Assembly (NCBI GenBank): GCA_900617105.1
Contig: UYFQ01000493.1
Location: 1 to 39,797 of the forward strand
Direction: 5' to 3'
DNA length: 39,797 nucleotides
Source: Hydrurus foetidus
Lineage: Eukaryota
The first letter of the stretch is position 1, and every line of letters starts with the position of its first letter. The translations under genes were made by a program, and so were the position numbers. Shown piece by piece: positions 21,385 to 33,989 of this stretch. The notes below the pieces were generated by a model. That model was not told the DNA's origin. It searched no databases and saw only the letters and a list, made by a program, of their open reading frames with translations.

Positions 21385-24300
21385 ATGAGAGGACGAGGCG
21401 ATGGGAGATTCCAGTCCCGTGGCGGGGGCAGGGGTCGATATGGTAGAGGGCAAGGAGAGCCTCATAAACCCATATCTAAAGGTAGGAAGCCCGAGGTAGG
21501 TGCTTACCTGGATTTGCCGCGAGGACAAGCGGCAGATCCAGAATCTGTGTTGAAATGGCTCGAATGTTTTCGAGTATATATGTACAGTACTTATGAATCA
21601 ACTGTAAAAGAAATAATAGGTATAGACGGGATCCTCTACGACTACGTAGAGCAGGTGGAACCTGAGGACCCGCCTGAAGGAGCAGGACTCGTCGCCATAG
21701 AGAGATGGAAAACTTCACGTAAGAAATATGAAGCTGCATCTGAATTACTTATAAAAGACTGCGCGAAATTGTATGGTGTACTACTAGGCCAAATGTCAGA
21801 GGCGTCGCAGACGCGGGTCAACGAGATGCCCGCGGGAAAGAGAGCTATGGAGGAATGCGATCCTCTAGGTCTGTTGACATGTGTGGTTGCAACACACATG
21901 AGCAACAAAAGGTATGGAGAAACTTATAACATTATTACAGCAGTTAGAAACTTTTATAATAACAAAATGACTCAACACGAAGATCTAGCAGCTTACTATA
22001 GTAGGTGCAGGACTCTGCTATTCGTCAAGAGCGAAGCCTACAGGTTGGCAGACGAAGACGCACCAGAACACACAGATGAGTTCCATGCTGTCTTATTCAT
22101 AACTGCACTGAATTCAAACTATTCAGACTATATTAATACGTTTAAAAATAAGGTTCGGCCATGGCCGCAGACCATGGCTGATGCCAACCAGGACGCGGCC
22201 AACTTCCTCATGGGAAGGCCCGTCCACGGAGGAGCTCCCCCGAACTCGGAGAAGCGAAACGTTTTCGCGGCCAGTCGGGGTGGGAGAGCGGGTTCCGGTG
22301 GGAGAGGCGGCAGAGGCCGCGGAGGCAGTCAGGGAGCTGAGAAGGGAGGGTACGATACCCCCGGCAGCGAGAGTACAGCGAGGGCAGGCACTCCCTATAG
22401 GGATAGGGAGGCCACCCCGCAGAGAGAGAGAGGAGGTGCCGTACAGGAGTACGGTACCCGTTACGGAGCCTGTAACAACTGCGGGGAGGAGGGCCACTAT
22501 GGGTACGAGTGTAAGAAGCCCCCGAGGAAGAACGCACCTGCGCGTCACACTTCCTCGGAAAAGTAAGTCCCGTATATGTTTCTTTACCTGATTCACTAGC
22601 TAAGGATGTAAATGTTCCGTGTGGGGAAACCGGACTGCATGACGTATTTGCAACGTCGACCGGTTACCCTGCGTTTGTGCCATTGTTAGATAAAGCATGC
22701 AGCTTGGAGAATTTTTGTCCACTGAACAGTAAAAATTGTGGGGGTGACCCTGTGATTTTTAGTGCGAATGTATATACACACAGTTCCACATTTACAGATA
22801 GACAAGTGTTGTTAGATACATGTGCAGCAGAGTCAGTATTTTGTAGTGGAGATTTATTTTATAGTATTATGCCGTCCGCTACCCCGATGATTATTAATGG
22901 AGTGAACCCTCAGGGGAACCCTTGATAATCACGGAGTGTGGCGAGACGGACTTCGGAACAGTTTACTACGATAGCAATTGTATAGCGAATATATTATCCT
23001 TCGGTAACATAGTCAGCTCGAGCGAGTCAGTTAGCTATGACAGTGACCAGGATTGTTACAAAGTTAGGATGATTAAGTTAGGACCTGTATATAGATTTGT
23101 CCATGATCAGTCTACGAACATATATCTATGCGACTTAGACAGAAATGTCAGTTACAAGAATGTATCGTTCGATAAATCGATCATGGTCATGACAGTTAAG
23201 GATAAGAAGAAACTGTATACAGCTAGACAAGTTAAGTCAGCAGAGTTAGCTAGAGAGTATCAGAGAAAGTTAGGTTACGCCAGCCCAGGACAGTTAATTA
23301 AATTAATAGGTCAGGGGAAATTAGATAAGAGTGACATAACAGCGCAAGATGTAGTTAGAGCATTAGATATTTTTGGACCAGATTTGGGTTCCCTTAAGGG
23401 GAAAACAACTAGTCACAAAACTGAGTTAGAGGAAGAGATGCCAGTTGTAGATAGGCAGTTCCTGAACCAGGTTATGTACATAGATTTGATGTTTGTGAAC
23501 TCGATACCCTATCTAGTCACAGTTACAAATCCCTTAGAATATGTGATGATATGTAAACTCTCACGTAAAAACAAGTCTTCCTTATGGATGAACTTAGAGA
23601 GCAACATACATCACATTACTAAGTATGGATTTAAGATAACTATGATAAGAATAGACGGAGAGTCGGCAGTTAACACTATAAGTTTTGAGAGTAAGCTAGC
23701 CGCACTAGGTATTATATTAGACAGTACTGGAGCAGGAGAAGCAGTAGCTGTAGTTGAGAGGAAGATCAGAGTGATCAAGGAACGTGTTCGTGCCATCATC
23801 AACACGGTACCTTTTTCACTGAGTGAGCTACTAGAAAGTTGGTTACTTAGATATGTTGTGAACAGATTAAATTTAGTACCAACTAGAAACAGTGTAGCTT
23901 ACGTCAGCCCCAGAGAGAAATTATACGGTAGAAAGATTAACGTAGATAAGGAGTTGAAACACGGTTTCGGTGATTACGTACAAGTACATACCGACTCCGT
24001 GGACAACTCGACTAAACCCAGATCACAGGCAGCAATAGCATTAGTTAGTGCAGGCAACCTAGAAGGTTCATGGTATTATCTGCTGTTAGCTAACTTAAAA
24101 GTAGTAAAGAGGACAAAGGCTACTAGCCTACCATGACAGATGATGTGATCAGTTACCTCGATAAGTTAGCATCTGAGAGGAAATTAAATATGTCAGTGAA
24201 TGTCAAGCAACCTATTTTCGAACAGAGTAATCAAATCCTCGAAGACGATGGAAATGATTACTCCAACGATGAATTTGAGTTGCAGACACCTGACATGATA

Positions 24301-26294
24301 ACACCGTATAGTTACCCTACAGAAGACGAATTTGTGCATCATGAGATAGCAAATAATTTTGACTCATACGATGGCAATTCTGATGTAGCTTACGAATCAG
24401 AGTTCGAACAATTAACAGAATACATACCAAATGATATATACGTTAATGAAGGAGAGGATGTAGTGTATGACGATACACCAACTGACCCCGATGCATTAAT
24501 GAATGATATATTTGGTGTAGACAGTGATGATGAGGTAGATACCCCCACCACAGAAAATAGCAAGTCAGAGGAAATTCTAGATAAACAACCCAGACGTAGT
24601 GCTAGAAACCATCAGCCAGGTAGATGGAACAAGAGATTAGTAGGTTTAAGTATACCTAGCTACAAAGATTCAGTTATGTGTAAGTACATGATGAACATGA
24701 CCGTAACAGAAGGAGTACAGAAATTAGGCGAGATAGCCGTAGATTCCATTAAAAAGAGTTACAACAGATGTGTGATAAGAATGTGTGGGAGGCAGTTCAC
24801 CTCAACAGTCTTAGTTACAATCAGAGGAAAAGTATCATAACCAGCAGTATGTTTTTAAAAGATAAGTATACAGCAGATGGTAAATTTGATAAGCTAAAAT
24901 CTAGACTTGTAGCAGGAGGTCACTTACAAGATAGAAATATATATGATAACGGTTCATCACCAACTGTTAGCACCACTAGCGTATTTATTGTTGCTGCAAT
25001 TGCTGCTAGTGAAAATCGAGCGGTCGCTACGATCGATTTTCCTGGTGCATTCCTCAACAGTGATATGCCACTAGACGGTGACCATGCAGTGCTGATGAGA
25101 CTGAATAAATATTTGACTAACATATTAGTTAGCATTGACAAGTCCTATCAGAAGTATGTAAATGAGAAAGGAACAGTAGTAGTTAAGCTTAAGAAAGCAT
25201 TATATGGATGTGTAGAGTCAGCTAAGTTATGGTACGATAAAATATCATCAGACTTAACACAGTTAGGCTATAAGGTAAATCCATCAGACATATGTGTATT
25301 CAATAGGACTGAGCTAGATTCCACTCAGACTACTTTAGTTATCCATGTTGATGATATGATGATCAGCAGTAGGGATGAGAAGCGTATAGATAGTATAATT
25401 TCAGAGATAGAAAAACTATACCCAGGCTTGACTAAGAGTAGAGGCAGAGTGTTGAATTATATAGGTATGACTTTTAACTTTGAGCAGTTAGGCAGAGTTG
25501 TCATATCCATGGAAGGTTTCATAAAAGACTTGTTAGACGATTGCATAGAGATTGTGGGGGTGTCTAGAACACCTGCCGACGATAATCTATTTAAGATCGA
25601 TCTTAACAGTCCTTTATTGAAAGATAAAGAACGTGAGAGATTCCACTCACTAACAGCTAAGTTGTTATATTTAAGTAAGAGAACCAGACCAGACATACTG
25701 ACATGTATAGCATATCTAACTAAAAGAGTCTTAGAACCTAGAACCGACGACTGGAATAAGTTAGCGCATACTATACGGTATATCAGAGAGACTAGAGCTA
25801 CGCCGCTGACCCTAGAGGTAGATACTCCGGTTAAGGTTATAGCCTATATAGATGCATCATACGCTGTACATGCAGATAAGAAGAGTCACACTGGCTGTAT
25901 TATAACACTAGGTAAGGGAGCAATATATGGTAAGAGTTCCACTCAGAAATTAAATACTACGTCTAGCACAGAGGCAGAACTAGTAGCTATGACTGAAGCA
26001 GGTAATCAGGTTTTATGGACTAGGAATTTCCTTATCCATCAAGAGTATGAGGTAGGTCCAGCTTTAATTTACCAAGATAACCTATCCACAATTCAGTTAG
26101 TTAAGAACGGTAGGTCCAACAGTGAAAGAACTAGACACATAGACATCAAGTTTTTCTTCCTGCATGACCGAATTAAATCAGACCATATTATTGTAACCTA
26201 CAAGAGTACTAAAGAAATGATTGCAGATTTGCTGACCAAGCCACTGCAGGGGAAGCTATTCCAAGAGCTACGTGACCAAGTGCTCAATGTATAA
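21385..26294 (+). pseudogene. Copia A gag-pol, broken into five ORFs by four single-base (-1) shifts
   Basis: RGG-rich Gag with CCHC CNNCGEEGHYGYEC; protease LLDTCA; integrase YIDLMF, RIDGE and VERKIR; RT KSRLVAGG, KALYG and HVDD; RNase H YIDASYA, SSTEAE, QDN and ADLLTK. Confidence 0.9.
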
Positions 26295-26805
26295 AGAAAT
26301 TCAGGGGAGTTATTTATTGATTTTGACTTACCCACTTATAGCGCTTTTTCCAGATAAATTACAAAATAAAAATAAAAATCTGATTTCGCTTTAAATCAAC
26401 ATTTGTTTGATAGGACCGCGAGGGACATCGATGCACCGCTTTTGCGACATCGAATGTCGACGTTTTAGCGGATTTAAGGGCACCAACATCGGTTGGATCG
26501 AACTCGAGACCGGTCACCAGCTGAGGCTTTTTTGACGGTTTAGAAATAGTTTTTCTCGAGTAATACTTACCCGCTAATCCAACCACCCATGTTTTATTTT
26601 ACACCACATCACGACGCAACTTGTCAATATTAAATTATTCCGTGAAAAATATTTTTAAGAAAATTTACTGTTTACCATACCCTAACACTAAGTTCCCTAT
26701 CTGAGTGTTGTGTGAAACATAATGAACAATAACCAATAAGTATACTATATAAGCATATACTAATTAACATATTCACTTATTCAAACAATAACCATCATGG
26801 GGGTG

Positions 26806-27084
26806 TGTTGTGATATCCGGATTAGACTAGGATCTTGTACCCTGTGTGATGTATGATTGTTTTCATGCACGGGTGTACGTACATTCAGCGATAGCATTGA
26901 CCGCAACCCTCGCACTCATGTTATGCTACCTAGATGTAATCGACAGCATGTCACTGTCGTTTAATCCAACTTACCGAATAGAACGTCTTCTTCTCTTTTG
27001 AGCAAGCGTTGCTAGCAGTCGGAAGTGCAGGGATTGTTTGGGAACTCGGAAGAAATTCCGTGTAAATCGCCCAGATTTCCAACA
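26806..27084 (+). repeat. Copia A 3' LTR
   Basis: TG...CA ends; matches the 5' LTR. Confidence 0.95.
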
Positions 27085-27267
27085 GAGGGGGTATTGAGAG
27101 TGGGCGGTAGCTCGCGGACGCCTGCGCAGATTCTCCGCAGAGTGAATGACTGATCCACACCTTCCAGTTCAGGATTGCGGGGTGCAAGCCGGAATGTATG
27201 CGACGTGATTTCAAGTCGATTATTAAGCTGCGTTGGTACATAGGCATAGGGTCCTATATAGGCTTTT

Positions 27268-27540
27268 TGTCAGTGAACTACGTACACTGCTTATTAATCT
27301 CACCACATCCAACAGAATCTCATCTAGCCGTTAACAACCGCCCTCCTGCCAACTGAAAATGACGACCAAAGGCCGACTATGACGACGACCTCAACTGCTC
27401 ATGACGATCTTTCTTTCCTTTCGTTCACTACACATTCGATCCATTCACTCCACTACATTGATGTATACTCACAATCTTTCGCTGTAATACTATAAGCAAT
27501 TCTGATTGTACCGTATAGTTTTCGGACCACAGACCTGACA
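27268..27540 (+). repeat. Copia B 5' LTR
   Basis: Direct repeat of 32586-32858. Confidence 0.96.
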
Positions 27541-27554
27541 ATTGCTTATAGTAT
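27541..27554 (+). promoter_or_regulatory. Copia B PBS position, complementary to its own LTR
   Basis: ATTGCTTATAGTAT is the exact reverse complement of LTR 27487-27500 ATACTATAAGCAAT; no TGG start. Confidence 0.85.
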
Positions 27555-27559
27555 ATATC

Positions 27560-30500
27560 ATGCTCTCGACACCAACCGCCCTCCCAACAACAATCATCCT
27601 CGACCTCCCGAAAGACAATTGGTCAGCATGGCATCAAGCTCTCAAGCTCCTGTGCTTCACCAAGTTCGGCGTCGCCGGCCAGCAAATCCTCTCCGATACG
27701 CTCATCCCTCTTCAGCCGTTCGCCGCCGAGCCGACCAAACTCGATCTCGACATCAACCTCGCTGGCCAACCGATTCCTGGTCAACTCACATACTCCAGGC
27801 GCTCGCTTACAGCCGAGGAAGTTGATCTACCTCTATTAAACCACGCAACCCTACCCCTCAGCCCTCAAGACAATACCAACTTCCGCGACGACCGCAAGAT
27901 TTTTACGGAAGCCAAGCGCCACTTCTCGGACCACGACACGGAGTGTCTCGACCACCTTTACCGCCATCTATCGCCCGCCTCCCACACCTCCATCAAAACT
28001 CATGCGGACTACCCCGCCTACCAACTTCTTCCTATCGGTGCCCGAAGCTACGCCTTCTACACCATGGCACGTAGCATCCACTCCACCGGCAACGCCGCCA
28101 CGAAGCTGCACCGCACGCGCCAATATATGAACATCTCTCAAGCCGACTCTCCCCATGAACTGTACATGGATCATATTACTTCAATGACCGAAACATTCCG
28201 ACTTGACTTCGAGTCTACCGACCACCCTGGACACGTCTCTATCAATGAACTTGCGAGCTTTCTCTACCTCGCCGGCCTGAACCGCGGCAAATTCCGTCGC
28301 GCACTCGACGAACTTCTACAGGACCACCCAACTGGTCGCTTTCCCAACCCTACCGCGTTAATGTCCCAGCTACAAAGCTGGAAGATTGCAAACTCCCTCT
28401 CCTTCACGCGAGATGAAGTCTCCACACAAGGCTCTGCCCTCATCGCCTCACCACCACCCAACCCTACCCAACGCCCCCGCCCTCCTCCCTCCTTCCCTCC
28501 CTTCCCCACTCCATGCACTGGTGCCATTCCGTTCACCTCTCCTCCCACTTCCACCTTACCCTCCTTCCTTCCACACCCTCTCATTCATCCTTCGACTACC
28601 CAGACTCCGCCTGACTCCCTACAGTCACCTCGTCTCATCCACCTACTACCGTCCACCCCTCGCGCTTCTGTCCTACCCCCTCGCCCTCGCCTCCGTTGCA
28701 CAGCCCCCTCTCCACCCTACTCTCTCATACTGGGACAACGCGTGTTCCTTTCACACAGTCCATGATGCATCCCTCCTATACGACCTGCAGCCACTTACAA
28801 GTCCATTCTCGATAGGCGGCGTAGGTGGCTCCTGCGCCGTCACTCACCGCGGGTTCCTCCACTGCCTCCCCGCCACAAACTCTATGAACTTAGCATACCT
28901 CTCACCTACCCTACCCGTCAACCTGTTCAGCCTAAGTCAGATGCAGCGCTGTGGCGCGGTGTATGGTCCTGACCCACTCCGCCCTCGGACCCATGTCTCC
29001 ATCTCGTCCTCATCCTCTGGTCCGTCCCTCGCCTTCGCCACTCTCTCCTCACATAACCTCCTCCCAGTCAACTTCGACGACCTACACACCGCCTCCAAAC
29101 TATCACCACATGCATACCACCCTGCCGCCTTTACGGCCACCTTTCTCACACCCCACATCAACGCCGAGCAGCGGTCCAGAGCTGATGCCGCCGAAGAACT
29201 TCACACCGATCTCTGCCACCCCTCTGACCGCAGCCTTTGCGCCAACCTCTCTACAGGCAAACTTCCCTTCAGTACACTCACCTGCTCTGACGTCACCCTC
29301 AACCGCCAGCTCCGCGGCCCCTGCCCCCACTGTGCAGCGGGCAAGCACCGTAACCCACCCCATCCACCATCCCCCACCGCACCTGCCACTTCCATCGGAG
29401 CTGTCATAAGCTTCGATCCCCAACTTCTACCTGAAGCCTCTCCAGGCCTCCATACCCATGAGATCATCCTAGTCGATGAATTCACTGGCCACTTATCCGT
29501 CGTCGGAGCCTCATCAAAATCTACTCCCGCCATCTTCAAAGCACTCCAACACGTCATCGCCACCACCTACAACTCCTACGAGCACCGAGTCCACATCCTT
29601 CACGGGGATTGTGAAAAGATTAACACTTCTCTAGCTGCTCCCCTTGGCTCCCTAGGGATAACCCTCCACACATCCCCTCCTGGGGAACACGCGGCTCGCG
29701 TTGAGCGATCCATCCTCACCCTCAGACAACTCACCACTGTCACACTTTCTTCACTCCCCTACCACCTACCCCTGAAGTACACCCTATTCCTCCATAAAGC
29801 CATTGCAGCCACCCGCAACACTCTTATCAACACACGCAGCTCACCATCCACTCCTGACGAGCTCCTGCGCGGTACGAAACCCACTCGTCGCCCCTTTCCA
29901 TTCGGCACTTGCTGCATGGTTACACAGCACGCTGACAAGCGCCATTCTCTCGCCCGCGCACATCACACCGCGGCCAACGCTGAACCTAAAGCCGAACTAG
30001 GCGTCTGCATGGGCCCGGACTTAATCACCGGTCGCACCCTCTTCCTCCTCGCCAACGGCTCCATCGTCCCGCGCCGCCCGACCAACCCATTCCCACCTTA
30101 CTTTGTCCCCTTCGACTGGACCCCTAAACAATTCGTCCTCCGTACACCCCTCCCAGACCCGACTCCATCCTTACCCCTCCCCATCGACACCAACACCGTC
30201 ATCCAGCTTCCCGACATATCCCATGTTGAAGCTATCGCCTCCATCACCGGGCACATCCCATCCCCTCTGCCAACCGACCTCATCTACTCTCTCCAGTCAC
30301 CCACTTCCCTGACACCACCTCTTCCAACCCTACCGATACCATCAACACCTCCATCGCTTGAGATCTCACTCACTACTCCAACTCCCCATCAGCTACCCAT
30401 CCTCGAGCACACACAGCTCCACCAGCCACTACCAGTGGCCCAACCAACATCACCACCACATTCTGACTCCACACCCGCCGCTGCAGCATCCCTTACGTCA

Positions 30501-32475
30501 GCACTTACGCCCTCGCCTGCACCAACCCCTTCGTTACCACTACCAACCCCGCACCTAACCATCACCGCGGCAACCCCTCCGAGCCTCGATCCCCCAACAC
30601 GCCGATCATCTCCAACCTCCCATCCACCCAACTTCTGGAAAGGTTGCTACACAACAGCGCAAGCCCCTGCAGCGCACACACCTACAGCTCTCCCAACTGC
30701 ACTCCCACCCAAACCCACTAACGCAGCTCAAAGAAACAGAGTCAACGCGCGATTGGCTGCAATCCGAAACCGCCAACACCGCCTCAACAATCTCCCCGGC
30801 ATCCCCCTAAATAAGCGCCCTACTTCTCTTGAACCCCAACCCCTACCCACTAATCGAGCTGAAATGTCGATCCGTAGGGCATCCCTTGTCCTTCCTACTC
30901 CAGACATAGCAGCCGGTATCGCCAAAGAACTCGGTAAGCACTTTGACACATACGAGTCCCTCAAGCTGATCTCTCGCTGCAGTGTTGAACCAACAGCTAT
31001 ATTCCTTCGCAGTCAAATGCTAATTAAGAAGAAGTCCAAGGGCACTGTTACTGCCCGCTTAGCCATTGACGGCAGCCGCCAACCCCGCGAGTCATACAAC
31101 GACACATACGCCAGAACCTCTGACACCACCAACCGCGCCTTCATTCTCAGTGCCTACCTCGCCGACGCCACCAGGCGCGACTGCCTCAATCATCTGCTAC
31201 TTGGTGATTTCGACTTTCCAGGCGCCTTTCTCCATAACAAACTTACCCGCGATATGACAAATGGTCACCAGCTCAGCGCCACTCTACCCTCAGACCTCCC
31301 TAGCCCATTAGCTGGCAAGCTAGCAGAAATCACGGGTTGCTGTTATGGAATTAAACAAGCAAACCATGAATTCGACAAAGACCTCGTCACTATACTAACC
31401 AAAGCCGGCTTTGTCCCCACCCCCTCCGACCACCACAGCTTCCACAAGCGCTGCCCCATCGACCCCGCCGAATCTCTCACCCTCAACATGCATGTCGACG
31501 ACGGCTGGTACGTCACTTGCTCCCCTACTCTCCGCGACGAACTTAAGACGATCCTACAACAGCGCTACGGACCCATCGCTTTCAACGACGAATCTACCGG
31601 AGTCTGTGGCGTCCGTTTGACAAGACACTCCAATCACTCCTGCACTCTCGACCAAGGAACCCACATCCTCAAGTTCCTTCATCAGTCTGGTATGGATCTC
31701 GTCCCCCCAGCCCTTACACCCTCCACAGCTAATTTCTTCGACCCACCAACTGATGCGACACCTGTTGACCGCACTAGGTTCATGCGAATCAACGGCACCC
31801 TAGTATTCTTGCTCCCCATCCGCCACGATATTAGAAAAGAAGTTATCCACCTCTGCACTCGCAACTCCGCACCCACCCGGTCCGACCTCTCCAAGCAAAT
31901 CCACTTACTTAGGTATCTGAAAAGCTGCCCTAACCTCGGCCCAACTTTCTCAACCAACCCAAATAGGCGTCACTCTACGCGCCGCAGCAGACTCCTCACA
32001 CGCATGCCATCCTGACGGCCACTCGAACACCGCATACACTATCCAAATTGGAACTGTCAATGCACCTTTTGTCGTCCACTCATCCGCAAAGACAGCCAGC
32101 ATCGCTCTCAGCCCTTGTGAAGCGGAGTACCTCGCCCTAGGCCGATGCGCCAAAGATGTCGTCTTCTTCCGCCAATTTGCCTCTGACATTGGGTTCCCTC
32201 AGAGCCTTCCCACCATCATCCTAGAGGACAACCAACCTGCAATCAATCTCACCACCACGAACCAGATCACCCGCAAATCTCGGCACATCGCACTCAAATC
32301 GCATTACATCAGGTGGCTCTACTCAACAAAGCAAATACTACCCCAACACATAAGCACTCATGACATGATAGCGGATGGGCTCACCAAGAGCCTTAGCCCC
32401 TCCAAATTCCTATGGTTCCGCAGCCAACTTATGAATTCACCAGCTACACCACAGAAGCCTCTCGTCAGAATTTAA
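27560..32475 (+). pseudogene. Copia B gag-pol with two frame breaks (~28450-28700 and ~31960)
   Basis: Gag NWSAW; protease WDNACSFH; integrase LHTDLCHP..CPHC, SFD, HGD and VER; RT ARLAIDG, CYGIKQA and HVDD. RNase H is in a shifted frame (ADSSHA, SPCEAEY, EDN, ADGLTK) and ends at TAA 32473-32475. Confidence 0.9.
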
Positions 32476-32585
32476 TACTTTGTAGTCCTTTCTTATTTAT
32501 TTACACTTTCTCCTCACCTTCAAATGACTACACATGTATTATAAGCAATACCCTCATACTCATTCACGTTTAGCTTACCGGCGCA

Positions 32586-32858
32586 TGTCAGTGAACTACA
32601 TACACTGCTTATTAATCTCACCACATCCAACAGAATCTCATCTAGCCGTTAACAACCGCCCTCCCGCCAACTGAAAATGACGACCAAAGGCCGACTATGA
32701 CGACGACCTCAACTGCTCATGACGATCTTTCTTTCCTTTCGTTCACTACACATTCGATCCATTCACTCCACTACATTGATGTATACTCACAATCTTTCGC
32801 TGTAATACTATAAGCAATTCTGATTGTACCGTATAGTTTTCGGACCACAGACCTGACA
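32586..32858 (+). repeat. Copia B 3' LTR
   Basis: Direct repeat of 27268-27540. Confidence 0.96.
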
Positions 32859-33182
32859 CTTTTGATGGAATACCCTATATAGTACCCTATATATAGGAAC
32901 CGGGTGTTCCCTATGTTTTTTAGAAAGTCCTAGTTCGAACACTCAGACTGTTTCCTCGACGCTCCTGTCTCGTATCTCCTGGGTGCAATTCGAATTGAAT
33001 TGCAGCAAACTTGAATACGACGATTCGCAACTTACTACAAGTTTGGTTACAATCTGTCAATCTATACGCCTAGTAAATTTAATCATGCAAAGTCATCTGC
33101 TCGCTACCTTTGTCGCTACCTCTGCCCGAGGGATATCAGCTCGAGCTGCAGTCCAATAAACCGATAATTAGATACTGCTGGC

Positions 33183-33368
33183 TTGTTCGAATGGACCCTA
33201 ACCAACAAAGTATGGAAGTGCAAATTGTGTTGCAAAGAATTTACTGGATCAAACATTGTGGTTGCCACGCATTACTGGCCAAAACTCAGCACTCAGTCAT
33301 GCCGGAAATGTCAAGCAGTTTTACCTCCAGCTCATGAATCACTAGGAAAGCTGAATGCCACGATTTGA
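33183..33368 (+). pseudogene. BED zinc-finger remnant of a hAT transposase
   Basis: FEW...VWKCKLCCKEFTGSNIVVATHY...CRKC inside the TIR element; no catalytic domain. Confidence 0.65.
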
Positions 33369-33989
33369 TCATATGTCAATTGAATTTCATGCACTGTTCG
33401 AACGACACCTCTATTTTCATGTGACATGAATAAAATACTTACGTACACTTTCCGTTTTTTTTCATGTACCGTACTGACCGCGAACGAACATACCATAACC
33501 CTATAGGGTAACCTATATAGGGAAACGGTGAAAAGCCCTATGCATAGGCAATAGGAAAACGAAAAAAACCCTATGTACCAACGCAATTATTAAGTGACGC
33601 CGGGAACTTGTGCACTTGCGGATTGGGTTCTCTGGATCGAAGTTGGATTGGAACCGGTGCGAGCCGCTCCTTTTCAGATCCAAAGTACAAAAGGCTTGTA
33701 TACGAAATTCCTTGCGAAATTTTGAGAGGTAGAGTACAGGACAGAACACAGAGCAGATGTGGATGTAGATGTAGAACACAATACAACATCTGTTTTCAGT
33801 TTTGTGTGCGCACGCATACTATACGGTTCTGTACGCATCTCACTGGGTGCTTGTCGCAAACCTTTCAGTTTGTTGCAACTTGTGGTGCAAGTCTTCGGTG
33901 TATATACTTAGTGTATTTAGATTGAATATCATACAGTTTTAACACGTTTGCTTACTGAATCTTTCAAGTTAAAGAGATTTTTTCAAACC

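Larger units (their letters stand above)
20246..27084 (+). mobile_element. Ty1/Copia LTR retrotransposon A
   Basis: 279-bp LTRs TGTTG...CAACA with one substitution once the MITE is removed; TSD GAGTG/GAGGG (4 of 5); order gag-PR-IN-RT-RH; PPT-like GGGGGTG at 26799-26805. Confidence 0.95.
27268..32858 (+). mobile_element. Ty1/Copia LTR retrotransposon B
   Basis: 273-bp LTRs TGTCAG...CTGACA with 2 substitutions; perfect 5-bp TSD CTTTT; integrase precedes RT-RH. Confidence 0.97.
27228..33586. mobile_element. Non-autonomous hAT-like element (~760 bp without the insert), interrupted by Copia B
   Basis: 16-bp TIR core TGCGTTGGTACATAGG (27229-27244) and CCTATGTACCAACGCA (33570-33585); 8-bp TSD TTATTAAG (27220-27227 and 33587-33594); many CCTAT/ATAGG subterminal motifs; BED-finger remnant. 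Confidence 0.85.

Noticed and set aside
22555..22640. Programmed -1 frameshift at the Copia A gag/pol junction (G GAA AAG, with possible downstream pairing)
   Set aside because: The heptamer is weak, and three other identical -1 homopolymer breaks occur in the same element. One added A gives a continuous ORF. It cannot be fully excluded without reads.
26295..26805. Extra gene or nested insertion in the Copia A 3' region (ORF 26359-26586)
   Set aside because: I found no motif, TIRs or TSD; treated as 3' UTR.
28440..28700. Programmed +1 frameshift in Copia B gag/pol
   Set aside because: The break falls in a low-complexity C/T stretch where the expected CCHC knuckle is missing; deletion or assembly error is at least as likely, and no shift site is identifiable.
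28264..32189. Many Gly/Val-rich antisense ORFs over Copia B
   Set aside because: These are shadows of the strongly C-rich, G-poor sense strand.
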